A stretch of DNA of 63,872 nucleotides, the filler included, from Deltaproteobacteria bacterium (GTDB lineage Bacteria > JAUYMQ01), in assembly GCA_030698575.1 (NCBI GenBank). It is 9 parts of 9 records of this genome, joined end to end, with 100 filler letters (N's around TTAATTAATTAA, not from the genome) between each part and the next. Parts side by side here need not be neighbours in the genome. Positions count along the whole stretch, not along the records: positions 25,607 to 35,526 come from JAUYMQ010000064.1; positions 35,627 to 39,604 come from JAUYMQ010000077.1; positions 39,705 to 44,975 come from JAUYMQ010000087.1; 6 more parts are not named here. One strand, written 5' to 3'. Below the pieces are notes generated by a model. The model had not been told where the DNA came from and searched no databases. It saw only the letters and a list, made by a program, of their open reading frames with translations. Positions 30,549 through 40,472 of this stretch are shown here, piece by piece (position 1 is the stretch's first letter; every line of letters starts with the position of its first letter). Made by a program: the position numbers and the translations under genes.

Positions 30549-31511
30549 CTACCGCTCGACGAGTTCCACACGCCGGTTCTTGGCGCGCCCCTCCTCGGTC
30601 CGGTTGCTCGCCACCGGCGATGTGAGCCCGGCGCCCGAGTTTGAAAGGCGGGTTGGCGCAACGCCGTAAACGGACGAGAGCGCGTTTACGACGGCCTGGG
30701 CACGCTTCTGCGAAAGGCCCAGGTTGTACTCCGGCGTGCCCACATTATCTGTATGGCCTACCACCATCACCTCGAGGGTCGGCTCCGAGGTCAGCAACTT
30801 CGCAATCTCGTCCAGCGTCGGCTTCGACTCCGGCTTGATGTCGGCCTTGTCAGTATCGAAGTAGATGCCGTAGACAGCAATGTGCCCCTCGGCCGCGATG
30901 CCCTTGGCCATGGCGTCCGCATCAATCGTCACCATCCCGCTTTCCATCGGCTTCGTGGTGATCACGTCGAGCTGCGTTGCAGCGGCCGACCCGGCGCCCT
31001 CGTCGCGCGCAACGTAGAGCGAGATAAAAATGTCGCCCTCCTCCCGTGGAAGGACCGCCGCCAGGTAGCGCTGATCCTCATAGTTGTCGCCGAAGATCAG
31101 ATCGTAGGGAACGACCGCGTGGTTGAAATTCCGCCCACCGCAGACTTGGTCGTCACAACCGAAAAGGACCTCGAAGCCTGCCTCTTTCAGGGCGCTCTCG
31201 TAGTTCCGGAAGACCTCCAGCGTGCTGCGCCCGGCGGGCGCCCGGTAGGTGATCTTCGTCACACGACCTTCGAGCATCCGGCAAGATTCGAGATTTTTCT
31301 CCTTTCCGCCGTAGTGCTTCGCCTCGCTCGTGAGAAGAGCGTACTCGTCGAACTCCCTGTCGTCGTAGCGGATAATTTCCGACCCCGCGTAGCGCGAGAT
31401 CATCGGATGATCCAGGCTCCCCTCGACGTCCTTGGCCTCCGCGGATCCGACCGTCAAGCCGAGCGAAAGAAAAACGATCGAGGCGAACAAAAATCGCGAA
31501 CGTGCGTTCAT
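30549..31511 (-). CDS. OmpA family protein with N-terminal DUF4892-like domain
   Basis: Signal peptide; DHPMISRYAGS; IYFDTDKA, VVGHTD, N..LSQKRA, NRRVELV. Confidence 0.88.
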   Translation of the reverse strand: MNARSRFLFASIVFLSLGLTVGSAEAKDVEGSLDHPMISRYAGSEIIRYDDREFDEYALLTSEAKHYGGKEKNLESCRMLEGRVTKITYRAPAGRSTLEVFRNYESALKEAGFEVLFGCDDQVCGGRNFNHAVVPYDLIFGDNYEDQRYLAAVLPREEGDIFISLYVARDEGAGSAAATQLDVITTKPMESGMVTIDADAMAKGIAAEGHIAVYGIYFDTDKADIKPESKPTLDEIAKLLTSEPTLEVMVVGHTDNVGTPEYNLGLSQKRAQAVVNALSSVYGVAPTRLSNSGAGLTSPVASNRTEEGRAKNRRVELVER

Positions 31512-31546
31512 GATTCTCTCTCCATGAACAGGTGACGGCAGACGCT

Positions 31547-32287
31547 CTATTCCGTTCCGCCCGCACGCGGCGCCGGTGGTTCCATCGGTGGGGCGCCGCC
31601 CGGGAAGCCTCCGGGCATGGCGGGCATTCGCTGTGGCGCACCCTTGATGCGTGAGGTCTCGTTCGAGAGCACCTTCACGAGCGTCATGCTCCCCTCGGGC
31701 GATACCATCTTGACCATCCCGTTCGGGCGCACGTCGCGCGAGACCCAGACCTCCCCCGTCCAGTCACCGGTGGTCTGCCGATAGTGATCGCAGCGGAACG
31801 TGCCGGCCGGCACCGTGATGGACTCGGTGCCAACCTTCTCGCCGAGCCCCGCCTTGTCCATCTCGGTGCGAGCCCGGCGGCCGATCGAGGCCACCATCTC
31901 GGGTGGAAATTCCATCGGCGGCGATTCGCCGGCCTGCATGATCATCCGCTTGGGCTCGGGGACCCCCTCCGGGGGAATGAATGCAAGTTGCTTCATGATC
32001 ATCTCGCCCTCCTCCCCCAGGTCGAACCGCAGCTCGATCCACCACGCCTCCTTCCCCTCGAAGGCTTCCTTCCCGACAATTGCGTAAGTCATCGCGCTCT
32101 TGGGCGCCTGCGCGCTCGACATCTCGTACACGGTCCCGGCGCCGACCTCGGGCTGAAACACCCCGGGCATCCTGGGGGAGCTTCCGCCGGACTGGGCGAG
32201 CGCCAGGGGCGCCGCGGCCGAGACGATCAGGAGGGTGAGCGCCAGGGCGATCACCGGTATGCGCAAATGACCCGCAATGCTATGCAT
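31547..32287 (-). CDS. Exported hypothetical protein
   Basis: Signal peptide ending ALAQ; GTESITVPAGTFRC motif; Pro-rich tail. Confidence 0.65.
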   Translation of the reverse strand: MHSIAGHLRIPVIALALTLLIVSAAAPLALAQSGGSSPRMPGVFQPEVGAGTVYEMSSAQAPKSAMTYAIVGKEAFEGKEAWWIELRFDLGEEGEMIMKQLAFIPPEGVPEPKRMIMQAGESPPMEFPPEMVASIGRRARTEMDKAGLGEKVGTESITVPAGTFRCDHYRQTTGDWTGEVWVSRDVRPNGMVKMVSPEGSMTLVKVLSNETSRIKGAPQRMPAMPGGFPGGAPPMEPPAPRAGGTE

Positions 32288-32557
32288 AGTGAGCTTCTCC
32301 TGTGCGGCGGTGCCTAGCGCCATCGGCAACGGGCGCCTGGCGGTGCGCGAACTCCACTTTCGCCGAGGGCTACGGATTGCGCGAAAGTTTCCTCGGGCCA
32401 GGGCGGCATGTCAAGCGGCCGGCGGAGCCCGGGCGGGCTTCTGCGCGGGCCCGCGCAAACGTATCGCACCCGATGACCTGCTCCGGCGTTCCGGAAAAAT
32501 GTTTCGATGGGCGTACCCTGAAGGACCCTTCAAACGTTCTTGTGATCAAGAGGGAGA

Positions 32558-33484
32558 ATGGCCTTGACCAGCTTACCTTCAAGGTCGCTTCTGGCGGCCA
32601 TCGAGCGCAATCGAAAGAGGGTCTGGGGCCTCTGTTACCGACTGACGGGCAGCCGACAGGACGCGGATGATCTGGCGCAGGAAGCCATCGCGCGCGCGAT
32701 CGAGCGCGAGGAGGGGCTCGCTCACAAAGACGCCCTGGATGGCTGGCTGTTCCGGATCGCGACGACGGTATGCCTGGACCAACTTCGCAGGGATCGCGTC
32801 GAGAGGCAGCGCTCATCGCTGATCGATCCCCTGGATGAGCCAGATCTTCCCGCCTTCACCTCGACGAAACCCGACCCGGAGGCTTCTGTCATCCTGCGCG
32901 ACGATGTCCGCTTCGCCGTCATGGCGGCGCTCCAGTGGCTCCCCGCAAGGCAGCGCGCCGCGCTTGTTCTCCATGAAGTGTACGGATGGCCGCTTGAAGA
33001 GGTGGGCAAGGCACTCAACGTGAACGCGAACGCCGCGAAAGCGCTGACGAACCGGGCGCGGTCACGCCTGGCGGCAGCCAGGCGGAGGCTCGATGTGGAT
33101 CCGGTCGCCGATCCCAGGGTGGTGGACGGGCTGGTCCGGGCCATCGAAACGCGCTCTGCGGAAGCGTTCACATCGCTCCTTGACGAGGACGTCTGGGGCG
33201 TGATCGACCGGGGAATGCGGCGCACGCCTGTCAAACCGGTGTTCGGCCCTCGGGCGCTTACCCGGATGTGGATCAACGTGGGACGCCGCAGGCCCGAGCC
33301 CATGCGGCCCCGGGTCGCTCGGATCAACGGCGAGCCGGCCGTGGTAATCGCGCTACCCGAGTCAGGCGGCGCCGTCTGGGGAACACTGCACATCGAGACC
33401 CGGAACGGGCGCATAGCCGCAATGCGAGTGCTGCGCGACCCGCGCAGGCTTGCGTTGCTTGGCGGAGCGGAAACGGAGGCGTGA
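32558..33484 (+). CDS. ECF sigma-70 factor with C-terminal SnoaL-like extension (ECF41/SigJ-like)
   Basis: YRLTGS..DADDLAQE, WL.RIAT..CLD..R, L.ARQRAALVL.EV, RINGEPA. Confidence 0.85.
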   Translation: MALTSLPSRSLLAAIERNRKRVWGLCYRLTGSRQDADDLAQEAIARAIEREEGLAHKDALDGWLFRIATTVCLDQLRRDRVERQRSSLIDPLDEPDLPAFTSTKPDPEASVILRDDVRFAVMAALQWLPARQRAALVLHEVYGWPLEEVGKALNVNANAAKALTNRARSRLAAARRRLDVDPVADPRVVDGLVRAIETRSAEAFTSLLDEDVWGVIDRGMRRTPVKPVFGPRALTRMWINVGRRRPEPMRPRVARINGEPAVVIALPESGGAVWGTLHIETRNGRIAAMRVLRDPRRLALLGGAETEA

Positions 33485-33918
33485 TGAGGATCGAGAAAAT
33501 CGGCATGTGGATGTTCGGCGTGAACGCGGTGATCAACTGGACTCTCTCCCTGAGAGGAATCATCGATCCCGTGGGATATGCTGTCGCCTTCGGCGGACCC
33601 GAACCGAACTACCCGTTCGTGCTGCGTCTTTGGATGGGCCTCGTTTTCATGTTTGGGATCATGTTCTGGGAGACGAGCCGCGACGTGCGGCGAAAGGCCG
33701 CGCTCGTGAAGTACAACTGGATTGAGAAGACGATCACAGCGGGCGCGGTGACCTTGGGATTCTTCGCGGGAGAGGTACCGGAGCGGCTCATGCTCCTCAT
33801 CGTGTTCACGAACTGGCTCTGGATCCCGCCCCTCGTCTGGTTCGACCGGACCCTCAGGCGCTCGCAACAATCAGCTCCGTTCCGCGGCGAGGACGGGATG
33901 GGCGTATCCTGGGGTTGA
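33484..33918 (+). CDS. Small 4-TM membrane protein
   Basis: TGATG overlap with the sigma stop; four hydrophobic segments. Confidence 0.7.
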   Translation: MRIEKIGMWMFGVNAVINWTLSLRGIIDPVGYAVAFGGPEPNYPFVLRLWMGLVFMFGIMFWETSRDVRRKAALVKYNWIEKTITAGAVTLGFFAGEVPERLMLLIVFTNWLWIPPLVWFDRTLRRSQQSAPFRGEDGMGVSWG

Positions 33919-34008
33919 TCGGTGAGAGGGTGGCCTGAGCCCCGGACCGCATCGTGCAATGCCCGGGCGGGCAAGCCGATGGAGGCCCCTCCTGATCATC
34001 CCTGACCA

Positions 34009-35298
34009 TCAGGCATGCAGATTGGCGGCCCGTTCCGCGCTCCAGAGCGCGGGCTCGAGATATCCGCCCGAGAGATAGTCTCCGCAGAACGAAACGCCGC
34101 GCCTGTCTGCATTCCGGATGAACTCGATCGCCCGCGTCTGGTGCCCCACCGGATGAAACGGCACGGCGTAGGCATGGCGCGTGACATGCGCCTCTTCGAT
34201 CCAGGATCCGAAACCGGGAAAGTGGCCCTCGAGCTCTCGACGGCATGCATCGATGATCGCAGAGTCCGGGGCATCTACGAAGTCCTTCGACTCGGGGTAA
34301 CAGGGCCAGGCCTGGATCACCGCCTTTCCTGAAGGAACCATGGACGGATTCTTCTGCGCGGCGTCGATGATGATGCCTACCTTCTCACCGCTTCCTCTCC
34401 GCGTCACGTAGGACCAGACGTTCTTTTCTAGTGGACGATCGAGGAAGAAGGTCGGAAAGGCGAAGGGCGGAATGGTCACGCTTGCCAGAAACTCTCGCTC
34501 TGCGTCCCATTCCGCTGGAACGAAGCGCAGCGCGGCCGGCGCCGTCGTGGCGATGACGACATGATCGGCCGTCAGGATCTCACCCGCTCCCCCGACCTCG
34601 ACGCCTGTGATCCTGCCGCGCTCCTCGACGAGGCGCGCGACGGGCGAATCGAGGCGGATGTCCAGACGCTCGCCGAGCCGCTCGTGCAGGGACGCAATTC
34701 CGCCCGAAAGCGAGATGTAGTCGGTCAGCAGGATGATACGGATGAGCCGAAGCACGTGGAGGAGGCTCACGTTCATCGCCTCGGGTTCGGCGATCGCCCC
34801 CGCGAGCGTCAGCGGTCGCACCAGGAATTCCCGAAGAACCGGGTTCTCGCTCAAAGCGAGGCCCGAGAGCTGATCGGTTTTCGCCTGCGGCTCGAGGGCG
34901 AACGTGCTCATCGGGTGCCTGAGGAGCCGCGACAACAGAAACCAGCCGAGACGCAGGTTGCCGCCAATCCCGGCCGGCCGGAACCACGGGAGCCTGTGAT
35001 CGAGCAGGTAGGAGCCACCCGCGACGCGGTCGTCAAAGAAACGGCTGTCCCCCTTGATCTTGGATAGCGTGCTCTCGAGACCCACATCGCGGATGAGGCT
35101 CAGGGCCCGGGTGTAACTCGAATGGTAGTACTGGGTCCCAACGTCGACCCGATCCTCGCTCCCCTTGCGACGCAGGGTGATCGCGCGTCCCCCGATGCGA
35201 TCACTCGCCTCGAGAACGCGAACCTTATGTCCCTTCCGGGAAAAATAGGTGGCGGCCCCGAGCCCCGCTATTCCGGCGCCGATGACGATGACCTTCAT
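34009..35298 (-). CDS. FAD-dependent oxidoreductase (amine oxidase/protoporphyrinogen oxidase family)
   Basis: VIVIGAGIAGL, LEASDRIGGR, FCGDY....LE.A..SAERAA. Confidence 0.85.
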   Translation of the reverse strand: MKVIVIGAGIAGLGAATYFSRKGHKVRVLEASDRIGGRAITLRRKGSEDRVDVGTQYYHSSYTRALSLIRDVGLESTLSKIKGDSRFFDDRVAGGSYLLDHRLPWFRPAGIGGNLRLGWFLLSRLLRHPMSTFALEPQAKTDQLSGLALSENPVLREFLVRPLTLAGAIAEPEAMNVSLLHVLRLIRIILLTDYISLSGGIASLHERLGERLDIRLDSPVARLVEERGRITGVEVGGAGEILTADHVVIATTAPAALRFVPAEWDAEREFLASVTIPPFAFPTFFLDRPLEKNVWSYVTRRGSGEKVGIIIDAAQKNPSMVPSGKAVIQAWPCYPESKDFVDAPDSAIIDACRRELEGHFPGFGSWIEEAHVTRHAYAVPFHPVGHQTRAIEFIRNADRRGVSFCGDYLSGGYLEPALWSAERAANLHA

Positions 35299-35455
35299 GA
35301 CAATCCCCCACTCTCTTCGCGATATGCAGCCCAGATGATGTTGCCCTTTACTTGCCGCGGAATCAACCAGAGCCAAGTATAGCCGAATATTCCGCAGGCC
35401 CGCCCCGCCCGGGCAAAGGTCCTACCCAGCCCGAGTCTCCTGATTCAGCATCAGG

Positions 35456-35526
35456 TCAGTAGTAGCGTAACCAGATGTAGATCGTGGAGATGGCCACTGA
35501 TTGGATCATCAAGGGCAGCCCGTACA
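35456..35526 (-). CDS. C-terminal fragment of an ArsB/NhaD-family transporter
   Basis: Manual translation YGLPLMIQSVAISTIYIWLRYY*; cut by the gap. Confidence 0.5.
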
Positions 35527-35626
35527 NNNNNNNNNNNNNNNNNNNNNNNNNNNNNNNNNNNNNNNNNNNNTTAATTAATTAANNNNNNNNNNNNNNNNNN
35601 NNNNNNNNNNNNNNNNNNNNNNNNNN
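35527..35626. other. Artificial contig spacer
   Basis: N-run with TTAATTAATTAA. Confidence 0.99.
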
Positions 35627-36002
35627 GCTCGAGCTGAGGGCCGGCGACGGCGTGGTGGTCATCCGGCGCGTGCTCTGTTTTGCCGATGAGCCCACGGTGT
35701 TCGAGCAGATCTTCCTGCCCGGCGCCCTGTTCAGGAATCTCAGCGCCGCGATTTTCAACGAATACAAGGGCTCGATGTACAAGCTGTTCGAGACCGAGTT
35801 CGGCACGCGCATGATCCGCGCAGAGGAGAAAATCCGCGCGGTTGCAGCGGACGCGACGGCAGCGGAGCTGTTGCGCGTGGCGGCGGACGCGCCGCTGCTG
35901 TGCGTCGAACGGGTCGCCTTCAGTTACGGTGAAAAGCCGGTGGAATTCCGCCGCGGCTACTACCGGACCGACAAGTATTATTATCGCAATGAACTCGGCT
36001 AG
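35627..36002 (+). CDS. GntR family regulator, UTRA domain (5'-truncated)
   Basis: Y.LFE.EFG.RMIRAEEKIRAV, PLL.VER....YG.KPVE.RRG.Y.T...YY.NEL; resembles the betaproteobacterial TCA-cluster GntR. Confidence 0.85.
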
Positions 36003-36202
36003 TCGGGGCTGATCGCGAAATCCGCGGGCAGGCGCGATCGGCGCCTGCGGCGGCGCCACGATTTTCCTGCCCGTATTGACGGAAATCAATACCAGCAGCC
36101 CATGTTGAGCCAAAATCACTCATCGCGAACGGCGCAAGGTGCGAGCGGCTCCTCGCTATCCTTCGCTCGCCTGAACTGATTTCGCTGGTTCAAACCGTGG
36201 AG

Positions 36203-36520
36203 ATGAATACGCTATTGGACACGGAAGAACGGAACCGACTGCGCTGGCAATGCCGCCGCGGATTGCTGGAACTGGACCTGGTGCTGGAGCGCTTTCTGGA
36301 GAAGCACTGCAACCGACTGCACGGTGAACACCTGAGTTCGTTCCAGACACTTCTAACTTATACAGACAACGAGATATGGGATCTAATCCGCGCGCGCACC
36401 GAGTGCCGCGACGTGCGGTTCGCCGAGGTGGTGCAATGGATGCGCGAGTGCCTGGCGCCACATTTCGATGTCGAAGACACAGCGGTCGGCCAAACGCGAA
36501 AAATCCCGGATTTGCCATGA
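36203..36520 (+). CDS. sdhE: Succinate dehydrogenase assembly factor SdhE/Sdh5
   Basis: RLRWQCRRGLLELDLVL..F motif. Confidence 0.85.
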   Translation: MNTLLDTEERNRLRWQCRRGLLELDLVLERFLEKHCNRLHGEHLSSFQTLLTYTDNEIWDLIRARTECRDVRFAEVVQWMRECLAPHFDVEDTAVGQTRKIPDLP

Positions 36521-36550
36521 GGTCGCTTAATTTAAACGTAGCAAGCAATA

Positions 36551-36674
36551 GGAGATCAGACACATGACACAGGTGCTAGACAAATTATCGGAAAAGGCTC
36601 AATCCCAAAGTCCCAAGCAGTCGGAGATCAGTCCTATGACGCAGTTAAAGGAGAAATTGTCGGAAAAGGTGCAG
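36551..36674 (+). repeat. Degenerate direct repeat (72-bp period) of RBS, start codon and first codons of citrate synthase
   Basis: GGAGATCAGacacATGACaCAG...AAATTaTCGGAAAAGG at 36551 versus GGAGATCAGtcctATGACgCAG...AAATTgTCGGAAAAGG at 36623. Confidence 0.75.
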
Positions 36675-37961
36675 GCGCACCGTGCGCGCACCGCCAAACT
36701 CACCAAGGAATACGCAGACGTTGTCATCGACAAGGTCGATATCGGGCAGTGTATTGGCGGAGCCCGCGACATCAGGTGCCTGGTCACCGACGTCTCCTAC
36801 CTCGATCCGCAGGAAGGGATACGCTTCCGGGGCAAGACGATCCCGGAAACCTTTGCGGCCCTCCCCAAGGCTCCCGGCTCCACTTATCCGACCGTCGAGT
36901 CCTTCTGGTACTTCCTCCTGACCGGCGACGTTCCCACCCAGGCACAGGTGGACGAAGTCGCTGCACAGTGGAAGACGCGTCAGGATGTTCCCCAGTACGT
37001 GTTTGACGTGCTCCGCGCGCTGCCGCGGGACAGTCACCCGATGGTAATGCTCTCCAGCGCCATCCTGGTTATGCAGAAGGATTCCAAGTTTGCCGCGTAC
37101 TACAATTCGGGCAAGTTCAACAAGACGAACGCCTGGGAACAGGTGTACGAGGATGCCAGCGACCTCGTGGCCCGCATCCCCGTCATCGCGGCCTTCATTT
37201 ACAACCTGAAGTACAGGGACGACAAGCAGACCGCCATAGATCCCAATCTGGACATGGGGGCCAATTTCGCCCACATGATCGGCCAGAGCGAGGAGTACAA
37301 GGACGTGGCCCGCATGTATTTCATTCTCCACTCGGATCACGAATCCGGCAACGTCTCGGCCCACACCACCCACCTTGTGGCCTCGGCCATGTCCGACCCC
37401 TACTATGCGTACTCTGCAGGCCTCAACGGCCTGGCAGGCCCGCTCCACGGCCTCGCGAACCAGGAAGTGCTCAGCTGGACCATGAAGTTCCAGGAAAAGT
37501 ACTGCAAAGGCGTCGAGCCCACCAAGGAGCTGGTCACCAAGGCCCTTTGGGATACGCTCAACTCCGGCCAGGTCGTCCCGGGCTACGGTCACGCCGTCCT
37601 CCGGAAGACCGATCCGCGCTACATGTCGCAGCGTGAATTCTGCCTCAGGACGCCGGGTCTCAAGGATGATCCGCTGTTCAAGCTGGTCTCCATGATCTTC
37701 GAAGTTGCACCGGGCGTCCTTAGCGAGCACGGCAAAACCAAGAACCCGTGGCCAAACGTCGACGCGCAGTCTGGTGTCATCCAGTGGTACTACGGCCTCA
37801 AGAACTGGGACTTCTATACTGTGCTCTTCGGCGTGGGCCGCGCCCTTGGCTGCATGGCCAATATCACCTGGGACCGCGCCTTGGGCTATGCCCTCGAGCG
37901 ACCCAAGTCGGTCACCACCGACATGCTCGAGAAATGGGCTGCCGAAGGCGGCAGGAAGTAG
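36564..37961 (+). CDS. gltA: Citrate (Si)-synthase, eukaryote-like type (alternative start 36636)
   Basis: HSDHESGNVSAHT, NGLAGPLHGLANQEV, VPGYGHAVLRKTDPR, KNPWPNVDAQSG, YTVLFGV.RA.G. Confidence 0.93.
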   Translation: MTQVLDKLSEKAQSQSPKQSEISPMTQLKEKLSEKVQAHRARTAKLTKEYADVVIDKVDIGQCIGGARDIRCLVTDVSYLDPQEGIRFRGKTIPETFAALPKAPGSTYPTVESFWYFLLTGDVPTQAQVDEVAAQWKTRQDVPQYVFDVLRALPRDSHPMVMLSSAILVMQKDSKFAAYYNSGKFNKTNAWEQVYEDASDLVARIPVIAAFIYNLKYRDDKQTAIDPNLDMGANFAHMIGQSEEYKDVARMYFILHSDHESGNVSAHTTHLVASAMSDPYYAYSAGLNGLAGPLHGLANQEVLSWTMKFQEKYCKGVEPTKELVTKALWDTLNSGQVVPGYGHAVLRKTDPRYMSQREFCLRTPGLKDDPLFKLVSMIFEVAPGVLSEHGKTKNPWPNVDAQSGVIQWYYGLKNWDFYTVLFGVGRALGCMANITWDRALGYALERPKSVTTDMLEKWAAEGGRK

Positions 37962-38395
37962 AACTGGCTGTCAGGACAGGCGTGGTGGTTTCTTAAGAGG
38001 AGAATTGCTTATCCGGTGCCGCCGCACGTCCGTTTGAGGCAGACAGCGGACGGCGCGGCGGACAAGCAGCTTCGCATCACGCTGTCTGGTCAAGGGTTGT
38101 GCTGTTGAAGCAGGCAATGTGAAGCACGCAGGTTTTCGAGGTATGCTGGCCCAGGAAAGAAGGGGGCATCGCGTGTTTCGGAAGAGGAAGTAGCGCGCCG
38201 GCTGTTGCATTGCGCCGCGAACGCTGGCCTCGGCCTGCGGATATACTAGTTGTGCTGCACGCCGCGCCGCAGCCGCTCGATGAACACATTGCCGATCGAG
38301 CGGCCGTTGCCGTCCATGCCGATGCAAATTGCATTGCTTATCGTGTTAGGGTCAAAACGGTGGCGACAGATCCACGGAGCGCTTCATCCCCAGCC

Positions 38396-39604
38396 ATGCC
38401 GGACTACGCGCAAGGGATCAAGAAGGAAGTCGCTGAGATCAAGTTCCTCATCCACGATCTTCGTGTCGAGCGCTTCGTCAACGAGATCCTTCACTACCAC
38501 GTAACCCTGAATACCGACCTCGAGATCTACAACATCGGGCAGGCGCAGGTTCTGCACCTCGCGGACGTCCAGGAGCTGAAGGCGAAGCTCGGCGCCCTGC
38601 GCCGGACCTACCAGGACTACTCCAACGCGGTGAAGAGCTTCTCGCCGGACCGCACGGTCCTCCTCTTCGGCCGCCGGCACGTCGATTCCATCCGCGAGGC
38701 GTGCGAGCTCATCCTCAACCCCCTGTGGGGCCGGTCGGACAAGGTGCTGTCCTTCCTGCCCGACGATGCCCGCTCCGTGCGCTCGCGGCGCCACTACCGC
38801 AACTGCGTCGGCTGGCTCTACGGCGTGTACCGGCGCATCGAGGCTTTCCTCGACGAGCTGGATCACCCGGGCGTGCGCGAGGAATTCGACATCGCCGAGG
38901 ACATCCGCAATTTCACGCGCGACGTCGTGCTGGGGTACGTTGCCGAGAAGTCCGAGGCCCGTGTGGAGTTGCGGCTCGACCGGCTGGACCCGGCGGTCAT
39001 CGCCGGGGACCGCCAGCGTTTTCGCCGCATGTACTTCAACCTGGTCATGAACTCCGTCGACGCCTTGAGCGGGCGCAAGGTGGGCGTGCTGAATGTGAGT
39101 GCTGCCATTGAGGGCGACCGTGTGGCGCTGCGCGTGCGCGACGACGGCGTGGGCATGTCCCCCGAGAAGATTCAACGGCTCCTCGCCGACCGCCAGACGC
39201 TGGATGGTGAGCTCCACTCGCTCGGGTTCGTGTTCGTCCGCCAGACGGTCGCACAGTTCGGCGGCGAGCTGTCAATCGAGAGCACCTTGGACAAGGGCAC
39301 AACCATGACCGTCCTCCTGCCCTACCTGCCGGGCAGGATCGCCGAGCCACCGGAGAGGTCGCGCCGGGACAAGTACCGCCTGCCGCAGAAGTACCGGTCC
39401 TTCCCGTCGGAGCTCGACCCGGTGGAAGCACCTTCGGCGAGCGCAATGATCGCCGATGCCGCAGCGAAGACGCCGCCCCCGACGGAAGAGGCGCGCTCGG
39501 ACGGGGCGCCGGCCACGGCAGGCCTCGACCAGAAGCGCCAGTGCGGCAAGCTCCTGTTCGAGGCCTACCGGAATTCCAGGGCTCAGTTCCCCGGCTGCCT
39601 CTTC
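38396..39604 (+). CDS. HATPase_c (GHKL) domain protein, atypical kinase-like, 3'-truncated
   Basis: NLVMNSVDA N-box, DDGVGM G1, KGTT G3; G2 degenerate (HSLGF); no clear H-box. Confidence 0.7.
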
Positions 39605-39704
39605 NNNNNNNNNNNNNNNNNNNNNNNNNNNNNNNNNNNNNNNNNNNNTTAATTAATTAANNNNNNNNNNNNNNNNNNNNNNNNNNNNNNNNNNNNNNNN
39701 NNNN
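39605..39704. other. Artificial contig spacer
   Basis: N-run with TTAATTAATTAA. Confidence 0.99.
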
Positions 39705-39773
39705 GGGCGCCTCGGTGGTGTGCAAAGATGGGCGAGGATGAGATCATTCCCGGACCAGCAACGGAGGTCCCCC

Positions 39774-40472
39774 ATGCGAGACGTGCCGCGATTCTCGGGC
39801 TTCCCGAAGGAAGCCCTCCAGTTCTTCAAGGCAATCAAGAAGAACAATAACCGGAAGTGGTTCGAGGCGCACAAAAAAGAGTACCAGGCGAACGTCCTGG
39901 CGCCGGCCGAAGCATTTGTTTCACTCCTCGGCCCCCGGCTGAAAAACCTTTCGCGGGACATCCGCTTCGATCCCCGGACCAGCGGGACCGGCTCGGTCAA
40001 GCGAATCTACCGCGACACGCGCTTCAGCAAAGACAAGACGCCTTACAAAACCTACCTCGGTATCCTCTTCTGGGAGGGCACTCGGAAGGCGAAGAAGGAG
40101 AACCCCGGATTCCTCTTCCACCTCGATGCCGACGGCGGCCGAATGTTTGCGGGCTTGTATGGTTTCCCGCCAGATTTCCTGAAGGCCTACCGCGAATCCG
40201 TCGACGACAGCCGGCGCGGCAAGGAACTGGCGCGCGCCCTGGAGGCGATCGCAAAGAAACCCGGCTACACAACCGGCGGGCCGAGCTACAAGCGCATCCC
40301 GCAGGGGTTCGCTCCGGATCATCCGCGGGCCGAGCTGCTTCGGCACAGCAATCTCTACGCCCTGTCGCCCCGCATTCCGGCGTCGACCATCAGCTCGCCC
40401 AAGCTTCTCGACGCCTGCTTCAAGCAGTGCAAGGCGATGGCGCCGCTGGTCGGATGGCTGGCGAAGATCTAG
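39774..40472 (+). CDS. DUF2461 family protein
   Basis: F.GF...ALQFF..I..NNNRKWF, RIYRDTRFSKDKTPYKT, KR.P.GF..DHP.AELLR. Confidence 0.9.
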   Translation: MRDVPRFSGFPKEALQFFKAIKKNNNRKWFEAHKKEYQANVLAPAEAFVSLLGPRLKNLSRDIRFDPRTSGTGSVKRIYRDTRFSKDKTPYKTYLGILFWEGTRKAKKENPGFLFHLDADGGRMFAGLYGFPPDFLKAYRESVDDSRRGKELARALEAIAKKPGYTTGGPSYKRIPQGFAPDHPRAELLRHSNLYALSPRIPASTISSPKLLDACFKQCKAMAPLVGWLAKI

